Of a DNA stretch of 64,000 nt, positions 24,596 to 33,300 are shown one piece after another. The notes under the pieces were generated by a model. It was not told where the DNA came from. It saw only the letters and a list, made by a program, of their open reading frames with translations, and searched no databases. Every line of letters starts with the position of its first letter. The first letter of the stretch is position 1. The position numbers and the translations under genes were made by a program. This DNA is from an uncultured bacterium (GTDB taxonomy: Bacteria; Fidelibacterota; Marinisomatia; Marinisomatales; UBA1611), in assembly GCA_964525185.1 (NCBI GenBank), contig CAZGFQ010000001.1:29486-93485 (forward strand). The letters run 5' to 3'.

Positions 24596-25471
24596 TTAAA
24601 TAACCCTATTGTATGCTGATTTTAATGATTTTATTGCTGCATCGCGAATAGACAAATTGGGCTCGGATGTAGCAACTTTTGCTAATTGATCTTCAAATTG
24701 ATTGTCGGGGAATTGCGCTGCAATATGTATCGCTACAAGCATTGCTTGATTTTTTTCGCTTTCATCAACTTCTGGAAAGGATTCAAAGTAGGATCTATCC
24801 ATTAAATTGGTAATGATATGATTTCCGGAATGGTCGCCCATTTTGGCTAATGCTATTGCAGAATCCCAACGAATATTTGGTTCTTCATCATCTAATAATA
24901 TTTTTAATGTAGGAATAGATTCTAAATGGCCAATTTTACCTAATGCAATAGTGGCGGCTAATCGTTCTTCCACAATTTTTGAATTCAGAGATAATTGATT
25001 CAACGGCTGCACTGCATCAGAATATTGAATCATTCCGATGGCTTGAATCGCCGCTAAACGTGACATACGATCTTCATCGGATAACCCAGTTAATAGTGTT
25101 AGACCAAAAATATCCCGTCCAGTTTGCCCCATTGCTAAAGCTAAATAAGTTCGAACTTTGACATTATCATGAATAGATTTATTATAGGCTGAAATCATTT
25201 GATTATTGAAATCCATCTCTTCAGGAATTAAATCTGGTTGGGATAATATTTTAGATAATTCATAGGCAGATTGCCATCGTTTAGATGCTGATCCTGCTCT
25301 AACATCATTTAAATAGTCATAAGCATTGTTGGATTCAAATGTAATAAATTTGAAAAGTAGAAAAAACACAGCACCAAAAATAGCAATCATAAAAGGAACT
25401 AGAAAAAAAGAATAAAATAAAACATATATCCTGCTATTCTCTTTTGCATTTAATTTATCTTTTATGCTCAT
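24596..25471 (-). CDS. Membrane-anchored HEAT-repeat protein
   Basis: An N-terminal TM is followed by repeated ..R..A..ALG.IG...A...L..LL.D motifs (PBS-lyase/HEAT-like). It lies 3 nt upstream of the Rieske gene. Confidence 0.75.
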   Translation of the reverse strand: MSIKDKLNAKENSRIYVLFYSFFLVPFMIAIFGAVFFLLFKFITFESNNAYDYLNDVRAGSASKRWQSAYELSKILSQPDLIPEEMDFNNQMISAYNKSIHDNVKVRTYLALAMGQTGRDIFGLTLLTGLSDEDRMSRLAAIQAIGMIQYSDAVQPLNQLSLNSKIVEERLAATIALGKIGHLESIPTLKILLDDEEPNIRWDSAIALAKMGDHSGNHIITNLMDRSYFESFPEVDESEKNQAMLVAIHIAAQFPDNQFEDQLAKVATSEPNLSIRDAAIKSLKSAYNRVI

Positions 25472-25624
25472 TTAAGTTTTATCCGATGTTGGTTCAATTT
25501 TGTTCCACATAATATTAAGACGTTTTTCCAATTTTCTAACTTTACGTTTCATAGAAAAAATTTCACTCACTAGGAGTAAAGCAAAAATAAATGTTAATAC
25601 TGTTATTAAAGGAAAAATATTCAT
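25472..25624 (-). CDS. Small (50 aa) single-TM protein, not in ORF track
   Basis: The product is MNIFPLITVLTFIFALLLVSEIFSMKRKVRKLEKRLNIMWNKIEPTSDKT. Its ATG overlaps the stop of the upstream small ORF (ATGA at 25621..25624), and its TAA abuts the ATG of the HEAT-repeat gene. Confidence 0.4.
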   Translation of the reverse strand: MNIFPLITVLTFIFALLLVSEIFSMKRKVRKLEKRLNIMWNKIEPTSDKT

Positions 25625-25776
25625 TTTTCACCAGCAACTTGATTTGAATCATTTTTTAATTGTAGCCCCAGTAATATTGGGAAAAAGAATAATATGACCA
25701 ATCCAACAATAAGAATACCAACTGCCCAGTGCATGTGATCCATCAACCATGTAAGTGTTAACCATTCGAAATTCAT
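25621..25776 (-). CDS. Small (51 aa) membrane protein
   Basis: The ATG at 25776 gives MNFEWLTLTWLMDHMHWAVGILIVGLVILFFFPILLGLQLKNDSNQVAGEK. The track start at 25833 is a TTG. Confidence 0.35.
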   Translation of the reverse strand: MNFEWLTLTWLMDHMHWAVGILIVGLVILFFFPILLGLQLKNDSNQVAGEK

Positions 25777-25889
25777 TTTATAAAACCCAATATACCATTG
25801 TGATATAAAAAAGAAGTAATAAGGTTGAAACAACCATAGAAATCCATTGTGAACGACTTATTTTAGGCGTTGAACTATTGGGGCTCATA

Positions 25890-27191
25890 TTATGATTTTG
25901 CTCTTTTGGCTTTTACAACAGCCGATTTAATTTTTCCACGAAGCACTTTATTTTCAAGAGCATTAATTTCATCTATATTTCCCGCAACACCATCCGCAAC
26001 TAATCGATTGATTAATTCTTCATCTGATTCTTGTGGTGCATCATTTGCAACAGGTTGCATTTCCTGTATCTCTGGCATAGGAGGCCTTTCTGCTTTACCT
26101 CGATTAATTTTAACAACTAATGCTTTTGCCTTACCACGTGTTGCCTTGTTATCAATACCATTAATGTATTCTTTATCCCCATCTAATGCTTTATTAACAG
26201 CAATGGCAATGATATCATCAGCACTTAATTCAACTGCAGATCCAGACGCTTGGGCTGCGCCGCCTTCTGGTTTCTCTGGTTTTGGAGGGATGACACCTGT
26301 CCTTTTGGCTTTTACAACACCAGCTTTTGCCATGCCGCGAATAGGCTTTTCTGAAATAGAATTAATAAAATCCATATTCCCTTCCATACCCATATTAATG
26401 GCGTATGCAATATAATCTTCTCGAGATCCAAAACCACCAAATTGAGATGCACCTGATTGTCCGCTTTCACCTTCTTCATCAGACTGAGTAAAATCAACTT
26501 TGGGTACAATGGATTCTAACGTTATAAGTGTCTGTGCTTCTCTTTTATAAAATTTGAAAAGCGATAAAAATGAAAAGAGCCCTTTACTGTGTTTTTTGTA
26601 ATTAATTAATACTCCCTTTTCGTGAGATTCGAGGGATATAGTTATTTGTTCAGTATATAATGGACTAAAGCGCATTTCGAGGACTAATTCTTTTTCTTTT
26701 TCGATAGAAACAATTTTGCAATTGAAATATGTGGATAAAGAAAAGGGTCTTATTTTAAAAAGTGTTCCTGCTTTTAAATCAATTCGATCAAATGAATATT
26801 GAGTTACATATCGATCTGTTTCAACAACAGGTAATGCACGTTGGACTCTTGGCATCCATACATTCAATAATTGGAGAGAAGTTATTGCTCTCCATAGAAT
26901 ATCTGATGTCGTTGAGAAAAATCGTTGTATTTGACAGTCAGCCACAAATGGAGCATAAGAAGCATTTGCAAAATGAGTTTCAGGAGTTGGGAATTCTGGA
27001 GATTGGTAATTAGGTGATAACCGAGTTATACCTGATAAATCAATCTCATGTGACGTATAATGATTTATACATCCATCAGCAGTTTCAACTTCAAACCGCG
27101 TTGGATAGTGATATATCTTCTTTAAGGTTCCTTCTTCTCCCGTTGAAAGAACGGTGCAGGTTGTCCCTAAATCGACCTGATGTAAACTCAT
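25890..27191 (-). CDS. Protein with SRPBCC-like middle domain and three C-terminal ~40-aa basic repeats
   Basis: The central region (ILWRAITSLQLLNVWMP...FKIRPFSLSTYFNCKIVSIEKEKELVLEM...) resembles a START/polyketide-cyclase fold. Three repeats end in RG(M/K)(A/I)K(A/S).VVK(A/I)(K/N)R. The family is not recognised. Confidence 0.6.
   Translation of the reverse strand: MSLHQVDLGTTCTVLSTGEEGTLKKIYHYPTRFEVETADGCINHYTSHEIDLSGITRLSPNYQSPEFPTPETHFANASYAPFVADCQIQRFFSTTSDILWRAITSLQLLNVWMPRVQRALPVVETDRYVTQYSFDRIDLKAGTLFKIRPFSLSTYFNCKIVSIEKEKELVLEMRFSPLYTEQITISLESHEKGVLINYKKHSKGLFSFLSLFKFYKREAQTLITLESIVPKVDFTQSDEEGESGQSGASQFGGFGSREDYIAYAINMGMEGNMDFINSISEKPIRGMAKAGVVKAKRTGVIPPKPEKPEGGAAQASGSAVELSADDIIAIAVNKALDGDKEYINGIDNKATRGKAKALVVKINRGKAERPPMPEIQEMQPVANDAPQESDEELINRLVADGVAGNIDEINALENKVLRGKIKSAVVKAKRAKS
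25902..26420 (-). repeat. Three in-frame repeats (period ~66-67 codons) in the C-terminal third of the 433-aa protein
   Basis: Residues 258-297, 325-364 and 390-430 share the pattern I..A(I/V)N....G....IN.I..K..RGKAKA.VVKAKR. Confidence 0.7.
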
Positions 27192-27362
27192 ACTCTCTTC
27201 AATTAAATTTATTGTTTGTTGATATTAACATTGATAACTCCAATTATGGTATCAAATGCAGACGCAGAAGGTATTAAGATAATACCTTAAATAAAAAAAA
27301 ATATTTCATTTTTATGCGTATGGTTTTACGATCAAATAAATGATTAAATTATTTGTCTATTT

Positions 27363-28295
27363 ATGAAATATTTTTCACGATTTTCAACCTTAACCACTCT
27401 ATTAACTTACATCTTGATTTTTGTTGGCGGTTTAGTTCGTGTATCAGGTGCAGGAATGGGCTGTCCCGATTGGCCAAAATGTTTTGGTCGGTGGATTCCA
27501 CCCACGAGCCTTGATCAATTACCAACCGATATTGATCCAGCTCAATTTAATATAGTATTAGCATGGATTGAATATTCTAATCGATTAGTGGGCGTTGTGA
27601 TAGGACTCATGATTACAGCCACTTTGATTCTCGCATATAAATATTATAAAAATGAAAAAAAAGTTTTAATACCTATTTTCATTTCTTTTATTATGGTGGG
27701 TCTTGTAGGTTGGCAGGGGAGTCAAGTTGTCGGGACTGTCCTTAATCCACTGACTGTTTCATTGCACATGGTACTCGCATTATTTGCAATAACCTTTTTA
27801 ATCATTGGAACCCAAAATGCTTATTATTTAGCATATCCTGTTGAAGAAAAGGATAGTTATTATCCGTGTAAAATGAAATATGGCTTTTTGGCGATGGGAA
27901 TCTCATTATTCTTAGAAATTATTTTAGGGACAGAATTAAGAGCTGGATTAGAAATGGTTCGAAAAGATAATCCTCTTGTAGAAAGTGTCTTATTACTCAA
28001 AATGTTAGGACCCTTTAAATATATTCATACAGTTTTGGGCGTAATACTTGCTGGGGTTTCTTGGTGGATATGGTATCATTTTACACAGAAAAGTGAAAAT
28101 GCTTCCATGACAACACAAAGAGCAAGTTTAGCCATAATGGGGTTAGTGTTGATTCAAATTGTTGTTGGAGAACTAATGGTATTTTCAAGTGTGAATCCCA
28201 TTTATCAATTATTTCATATGTGGAGCGCAACGTGGGTTTTGGGACTCCTTATAGTTGAATACGGGGCATGGAAACGATCGGGAGATTTAAATTGA
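27363..28295 (+). CDS. ctaA: Haem A synthase (COX15/CtaA)
   Basis: It has the GAGMGCPDWPKCFG motif, and the 8-TM profile contains conserved His residues. Confidence 0.85.
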   Translation: MKYFSRFSTLTTLLTYILIFVGGLVRVSGAGMGCPDWPKCFGRWIPPTSLDQLPTDIDPAQFNIVLAWIEYSNRLVGVVIGLMITATLILAYKYYKNEKKVLIPIFISFIMVGLVGWQGSQVVGTVLNPLTVSLHMVLALFAITFLIIGTQNAYYLAYPVEEKDSYYPCKMKYGFLAMGISLFLEIILGTELRAGLEMVRKDNPLVESVLLLKMLGPFKYIHTVLGVILAGVSWWIWYHFTQKSENASMTTQRASLAIMGLVLIQIVVGELMVFSSVNPIYQLFHMWSATWVLGLLIVEYGAWKRSGDLN

Positions 28296-28891
28296 AAAAA
28301 GAAACGATCCTATTATCTTTCATTTTGGTGCTTGGACTTATGATTATTGGGGCAACGTGGGTTGTTAAACAAGCATCTCAAGCACAATCATCTGCTATAC
28401 CTATTTTAAACAAAGTTCCATCTTTTGCGGCAACATCTCACTTAGGAAAGCCATTTACCGAAAATAGCCTTATTGGAAAAATCACTATTGTAGATTTTAT
28501 GTTTACCCAATGTACCGGTCCATGCCCGATGATGTCTTCAAATATGAAAAACCTTTATGATCAATATGCAAATGTGGAACAAGTTCAATTCGTTTCCATT
28601 ACAGTAGATCCAGCAAATGATAATATTGAAACATTGGCGGCTTATGCAAACGCCCACCAAGTTACGGATCAACGGTGGCAATTTTTACGTGCCGAAAATC
28701 CCCAAGTAGAAGAATTAAGTCAAAATGGATTTAAATTATACGCAAAGGAGCTACCTGTAGGCCATGCCATTAAATTTGTATTGGTAGATGATAAGGGGAA
28801 TATTCGTCAATATTATGATGGATTAGAAGAAGCGAGTATCGCTATCTTGCGCACGCATATTAACCAATTAGTTAAAGATTTGAATTCATAA
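28268..28891 (+). CDS. SCO1/SenC copper chaperone
   Basis: It has FMFTQCTGPCP (CxxxCP) and a thioredoxin fold. An alternative TTG start at 28292 has a GGAGA 6 nt upstream. Confidence 0.85.
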   Translation: METIGRFKLKKETILLSFILVLGLMIIGATWVVKQASQAQSSAIPILNKVPSFAATSHLGKPFTENSLIGKITIVDFMFTQCTGPCPMMSSNMKNLYDQYANVEQVQFVSITVDPANDNIETLAAYANAHQVTDQRWQFLRAENPQVEELSQNGFKLYAKELPVGHAIKFVLVDDKGNIRQYYDGLEEASIAILRTHINQLVKDLNS

Positions 28892-29772
28892 TGGAAAAAG
28901 TATATAAACCAGCCCCGACACGAATGAGTGCATATATAGAGCTAACAAAGCCACGTATTACACTGTTAGTTGTTATTACAACTGCGTTTGGTTTTTATTT
29001 AGGAGGGCGTGGATTCCATGGTTTTTTCCCACTTGTGTATGTACTTGTTGGGACTGCTCTTGTTTCGGCTGGTGCAGGAGCAATAAATCATTATATGGAG
29101 CGGGAAACGGATCGTCTTATGATTCGCACACGGAATCGTCCAATTCCTGCTGGAATCCTTCAACCTGAAGAAGTATTTTGGTTTGGATTTATTCTAATAT
29201 TTTCTGGTGTATTTGTTCTTCTGGCTTTTGCCAATTTATTAACATCTTTTATGGCGTTATTAACAGCATTTCTTTACATATTTGTTTATACACCTTTAAA
29301 AAAAGTAACCTGGTTGAACACATCAATTGGAGCGATACCAGGATCGATTCCACCTTTGGGCGGGTGGGCCGCAGCAACAGGACAATTAGACCAAGCCGCT
29401 TGGGTTTTATTTGCCATTATGTATTTATGGCAACATCCCCATTTTTATGCGATTGCACAATTATGTAAACAAGATTATGCTCGTGCCGGGTTACAAATGT
29501 TGCCTGTATTAGAAGATTCTCTCAAACGAACAAATCGCCAAATATTGTGGCATTCAATATTATTAATACCCATTTCTGTTTTGCCATCCTTATTAGGCAT
29601 TTCAGGATCTGTCTACTTCTTGGGTGCAGGAATTATGAGTATTGGATATATGATGGCTGGCCTACCCATCTTTCAAAGAGATCAACTAAAACGTGCTAAA
29701 TTTTTATTAAAAGTATCTGTTCTTTATTTGCCTGCTCTGTTTGCCTTAATTATTATTGATTTAACCACTTAG
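28891..29772 (+). CDS. ctaB: Protohaem IX farnesyltransferase (haem O synthase)
   Basis: It has UbiA-family motifs (NHYMERETDRLMIRTRNRPIP..G) and a multi-TM profile. A TAATG overlap links it to the upstream gene. Confidence 0.9.
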   Translation: MEKVYKPAPTRMSAYIELTKPRITLLVVITTAFGFYLGGRGFHGFFPLVYVLVGTALVSAGAGAINHYMERETDRLMIRTRNRPIPAGILQPEEVFWFGFILIFSGVFVLLAFANLLTSFMALLTAFLYIFVYTPLKKVTWLNTSIGAIPGSIPPLGGWAAATGQLDQAAWVLFAIMYLWQHPHFYAIAQLCKQDYARAGLQMLPVLEDSLKRTNRQILWHSILLIPISVLPSLLGISGSVYFLGAGIMSIGYMMAGLPIFQRDQLKRAKFLLKVSVLYLPALFALIIIDLTT

Positions 29773-29783
29773 ACCAATTCTAC

Positions 29784-30302
29784 ATGAAAAATAATGATCA
29801 ATTCTGGATAAGGATTATATATATCCTGTCGGTTATTCTTACCCTTGCCGTTGCTTTTCTAATTTTAGGACCAAGACCTGATGGATTGGAAGGAGCAGTG
29901 GATGTATCTTTTTTACCAAAAGTGAATGCAATTTTAAATGGGGTGACAACACTTTTATTAATTGTGGCTTATGTGCTAATTCTAAGACGGAAAATTGTTT
30001 TGCACAAAAAGGTTATGTTATCATCCTTCGGTACATCAACAGCATTTTTAGTGAGCTATGTGATTTACCATTGGTTTAAAAGTGGGCCCAAGTTATATGC
30101 AGGAGAATGGACAACATTCTATTATTTTATTTTATTTAGCCATATCTTATTAGCTATGGTCATTATTCCGATGGCATTGATTACATTATATCGCGGATGG
30201 AATAACCAATTAGGGAAGCATAAGTACATTGCCAGAATTACTCTTCCACTATGGTTATATGTCTCTGTTACAGGTGTTGTGATTTATTTGATGTTGTATT
30301 AA
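29784..30302 (+). CDS. DUF420-type membrane protein (oxidase-assembly associated)
   Basis: It is a four-TM protein of ~170 aa placed after ctaB, as in many cta clusters. The family assignment is from memory. Confidence 0.65.
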   Translation: MKNNDQFWIRIIYILSVILTLAVAFLILGPRPDGLEGAVDVSFLPKVNAILNGVTTLLLIVAYVLILRRKIVLHKKVMLSSFGTSTAFLVSYVIYHWFKSGPKLYAGEWTTFYYFILFSHILLAMVIIPMALITLYRGWNNQLGKHKYIARITLPLWLYVSVTGVVIYLMLY

Positions 30303-33300
30303 TTAACATTTAAATATTTAACCAACCCTCCAAATTCCGGATCAATTTGAAATCCCATTTTATAAAAGAATTTTTCATGGAAAAATCCAACCGTTGCGTG
30401 AGTAATTCCACGAGCATTTAACCGATTAAAACATTCATCCATCAATTTCTGGCTTAAATTATTCCCTTGAAATGCTTTCTTAACAACAACCCACTCAAGG
30501 TGGACATGTTTAGATGAAATGTTTTTCCAAAATACACCGCCTGCTAATTGATTTTGTTTATCGAATAAAAATAAAAATTCATGATTTGCCTGAAAAAGTG
30601 CATTCAAATCTGCTTCCATTAAAACAGAATGAAATTTAGCAATTTCTTTAGGCTTAAATGGGGGCCGAACACGATATAATTGATGGTTGGAATCCTCAAC
30701 TTGTACAACAAGATCTAATTTTTCTGTTTCACCCATTTCCAAAGATACAAGTTCAATATAATCTCCAGATTCAAGATTCCTGAAAAGCATTTTAGCGAGG
30801 AAAAATTCTTCATCTTCTGAAAGTTTAATTTCATTTTTTATATATTGAATTCGTTGAGCAATAGACAAAGGGTCCATTTTCTTATTTCGTAGATTTTGTA
30901 TGATTTCTTTAAAGGCTTCAGTTAATTCATGAGACGATTGTTTAAAACAAGTCATCATAAAAAAGCGCACTCGAGTTTCGGGATAATCTTCTATAAGTGT
31001 ATCTAAATGGTAGTCTTGGTATAGTTCTTCCAATATAGATGAACGGGCACTTCGGGTTGCATCCGTATTAAGTTCAAGCCAGCGTTCATATCGAAGGGAT
31101 GCAAATACAACTGGTTTTGTTAAAACACCTATTTCTTTTGTTTCTGTAATAAATTGTTGAATACGTTCGGCTGTGCAATTCAATTCTTCAAATTGTATTC
31201 GAATGGACTTATCATCCATAGCATGAATCAATTTTTCAAGCATTGGAATACCTTGGTTCACGGTGGCTACTCGAAGAGTACATGTGAAAATAATTTCCCA
31301 ATCTGCCATTCTTTTTAGGCCAGGAAATTGTTTTTCTGTTTCTAAAATAAATTGCTGGAAAAGTGTTAAATAAAGAGTGGAAATTGATTGCTCTGGCTCT
31401 CTATCTGAGATTGAAATTAATCTTCGGCCACGAGAATAATCGTGTTCGGGTATAATTAAATTTCGTGGTGATGGATTTTTAATATTTAATGTAAAATGGG
31501 ACCGGCTCCAAAATTCTAAATATGTGTATATACCATTCCACATAAAATGTAGCCAACGCATTTGCCACCGATCTTCAGCACGTTTGTTTTGAATTTCAAC
31601 ACGATTTCTTTCTAAATATTGATGGAGAGTTTCTCCTGAAATATATTCTTCAGTGTACACATCATATTCCGGCCAATATCCCCCAAAATCTTCCACAAGT
31701 TTATCATCTTTGTATGCAGGACCCATGAGAATCAGCCATCGCGTTTCATCTTCTAAAAAGGATCGATCTAATTTTTCATTTACGTTAATAACAAAATTAT
31801 GAATTCCCAATGTACGAGTTCGTACAAGGATTCTAAAAACACTTTTTCCATGCCTAGATCCCAAGTGAGACACCCAAATACCTTTTAATGGAATATCATC
31901 CAATTGGATTAAACAATGATTTGAAAATATAAATAAAGCCTCTCTTAATAGAGTTGTACCCATAAAGGCGTGCAATATATGTTCTTTATGTTTTTGGCGA
32001 ACATTATTATCAAAATCTAGTACCTGTTCCCATGAATATTCTTGTCCCGTTTCTCTGTCAACAGATAAAGTAGCCACAGGTCCCAGCCATCGCCTAAACC
32101 CGTTGATTAATGCAAAATGCGATTTTTGCGCGGTAGATTTTATACGGTTTGGCACATTCGCAATTTGCCACCATGATAATTCTGCACGAGCCCAAGAAAA
32201 TCCGGTAGGATGTTGAATACCAAAATCTGATACCATAAGCAATAATGTTTGAAGAAATCCCAGCCCAATTGAATCTAATTCATTTAATCGATTCCGATAT
32301 TCATATAATGCACGAATGATACTTTTGTAATGGGGTTCCTTCATTCGTTTAGACTGTATAGAAAATCCTGTGGATACATTCTGTGTCCGGAAAGAATAAA
32401 AGGCATCCTTCAATAATTCGAAAAACATATCTCCCGATAATAAGGGCAATAGTATTTCAATCATGTCTATTTTAAAACGAGGATTTGGATGTTTAAAAAA
32501 TTGTATACATGTTTCCCGGATTAATTGTTTCCATTGAGAATTGGATTGGTCTATTAATTCCCTGAGCGGTTTGAAACATGTTTTATCTCCATGTATGTAT
32601 GCTTGAATCAAAGTATGGAATTCTTTTAATTGAGTAAGCCCTTTGTCTAATTCTTTATGCCGATACCCATCATGTTCAAATAAAGATTGATTAGCAATAA
32701 CATGTATACCTTGATAATTATCAAATTCCCTCAATCTAAATAATAAGTCGCCACAAAAGGATACAAATGATTCATTCCCAAGCCATAAATGCGGGCTTTT
32801 TATGAAAGGTTGAAAATCGAAAAAGGAGTCTTCAATTTCATATTGAAAATCGCCAATTTGAATTATGTTTTCTTTCCAGGAAAAAGACAAATTCCCGTGT
32901 TCGGATTGAGTCAAAAGATAGTCCCCATCCCAGGATAGGGTAGTTCTCGGAATACCAAGCTCTCTTAATAGCCAAATTGGAATTCTTATTTCATTTTTCC
33001 CCTGATATAGATTGATATAATTTTTTCGATACATGGGAACAATAACATCGCCAAAATTTTCTAATACTTTTTTCCGGTTAAAAGAATTCTTATTGGTTAA
33101 TTCTCCATAATCTTTACTGAAATCTCTTTGAATAACAGCAAAATTGACAATGCGTTCAAACGATGAAAGAAAACTGTTTACAGATAATATTAATGAACTG
33201 AAATAATGTCGTATCCCCTCCCGCGATGCTTGATCAAAATTGAATAATGTATTAGCTGTATCGGGATAAATGAGGACAGTGTTGAATTCTTGGCCGTCAC

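Noticed and set aside
25870-26415. 181-aa plus-strand ORF
   Set aside because: It is antisense to the repeat-bearing C-terminus of the 25890..27191 gene. The product is Ala/Ser/Ile-rich and low-complexity, mirroring the Lys/Ala-rich repeats.
27363-30302. Haem A/haem O synthesis and SCO genes without any cytochrome oxidase structural genes nearby
   Set aside because: This is not an anomaly in itself, because cox genes are often elsewhere in the genome and may lie outside this window.
30299-30302. Convergent genes overlapping by their stop codons (also at 49866..49869)
   Set aside because: This is common in compact genomes. It was noted only because it leaves no room for terminators, and no further signal was seen.
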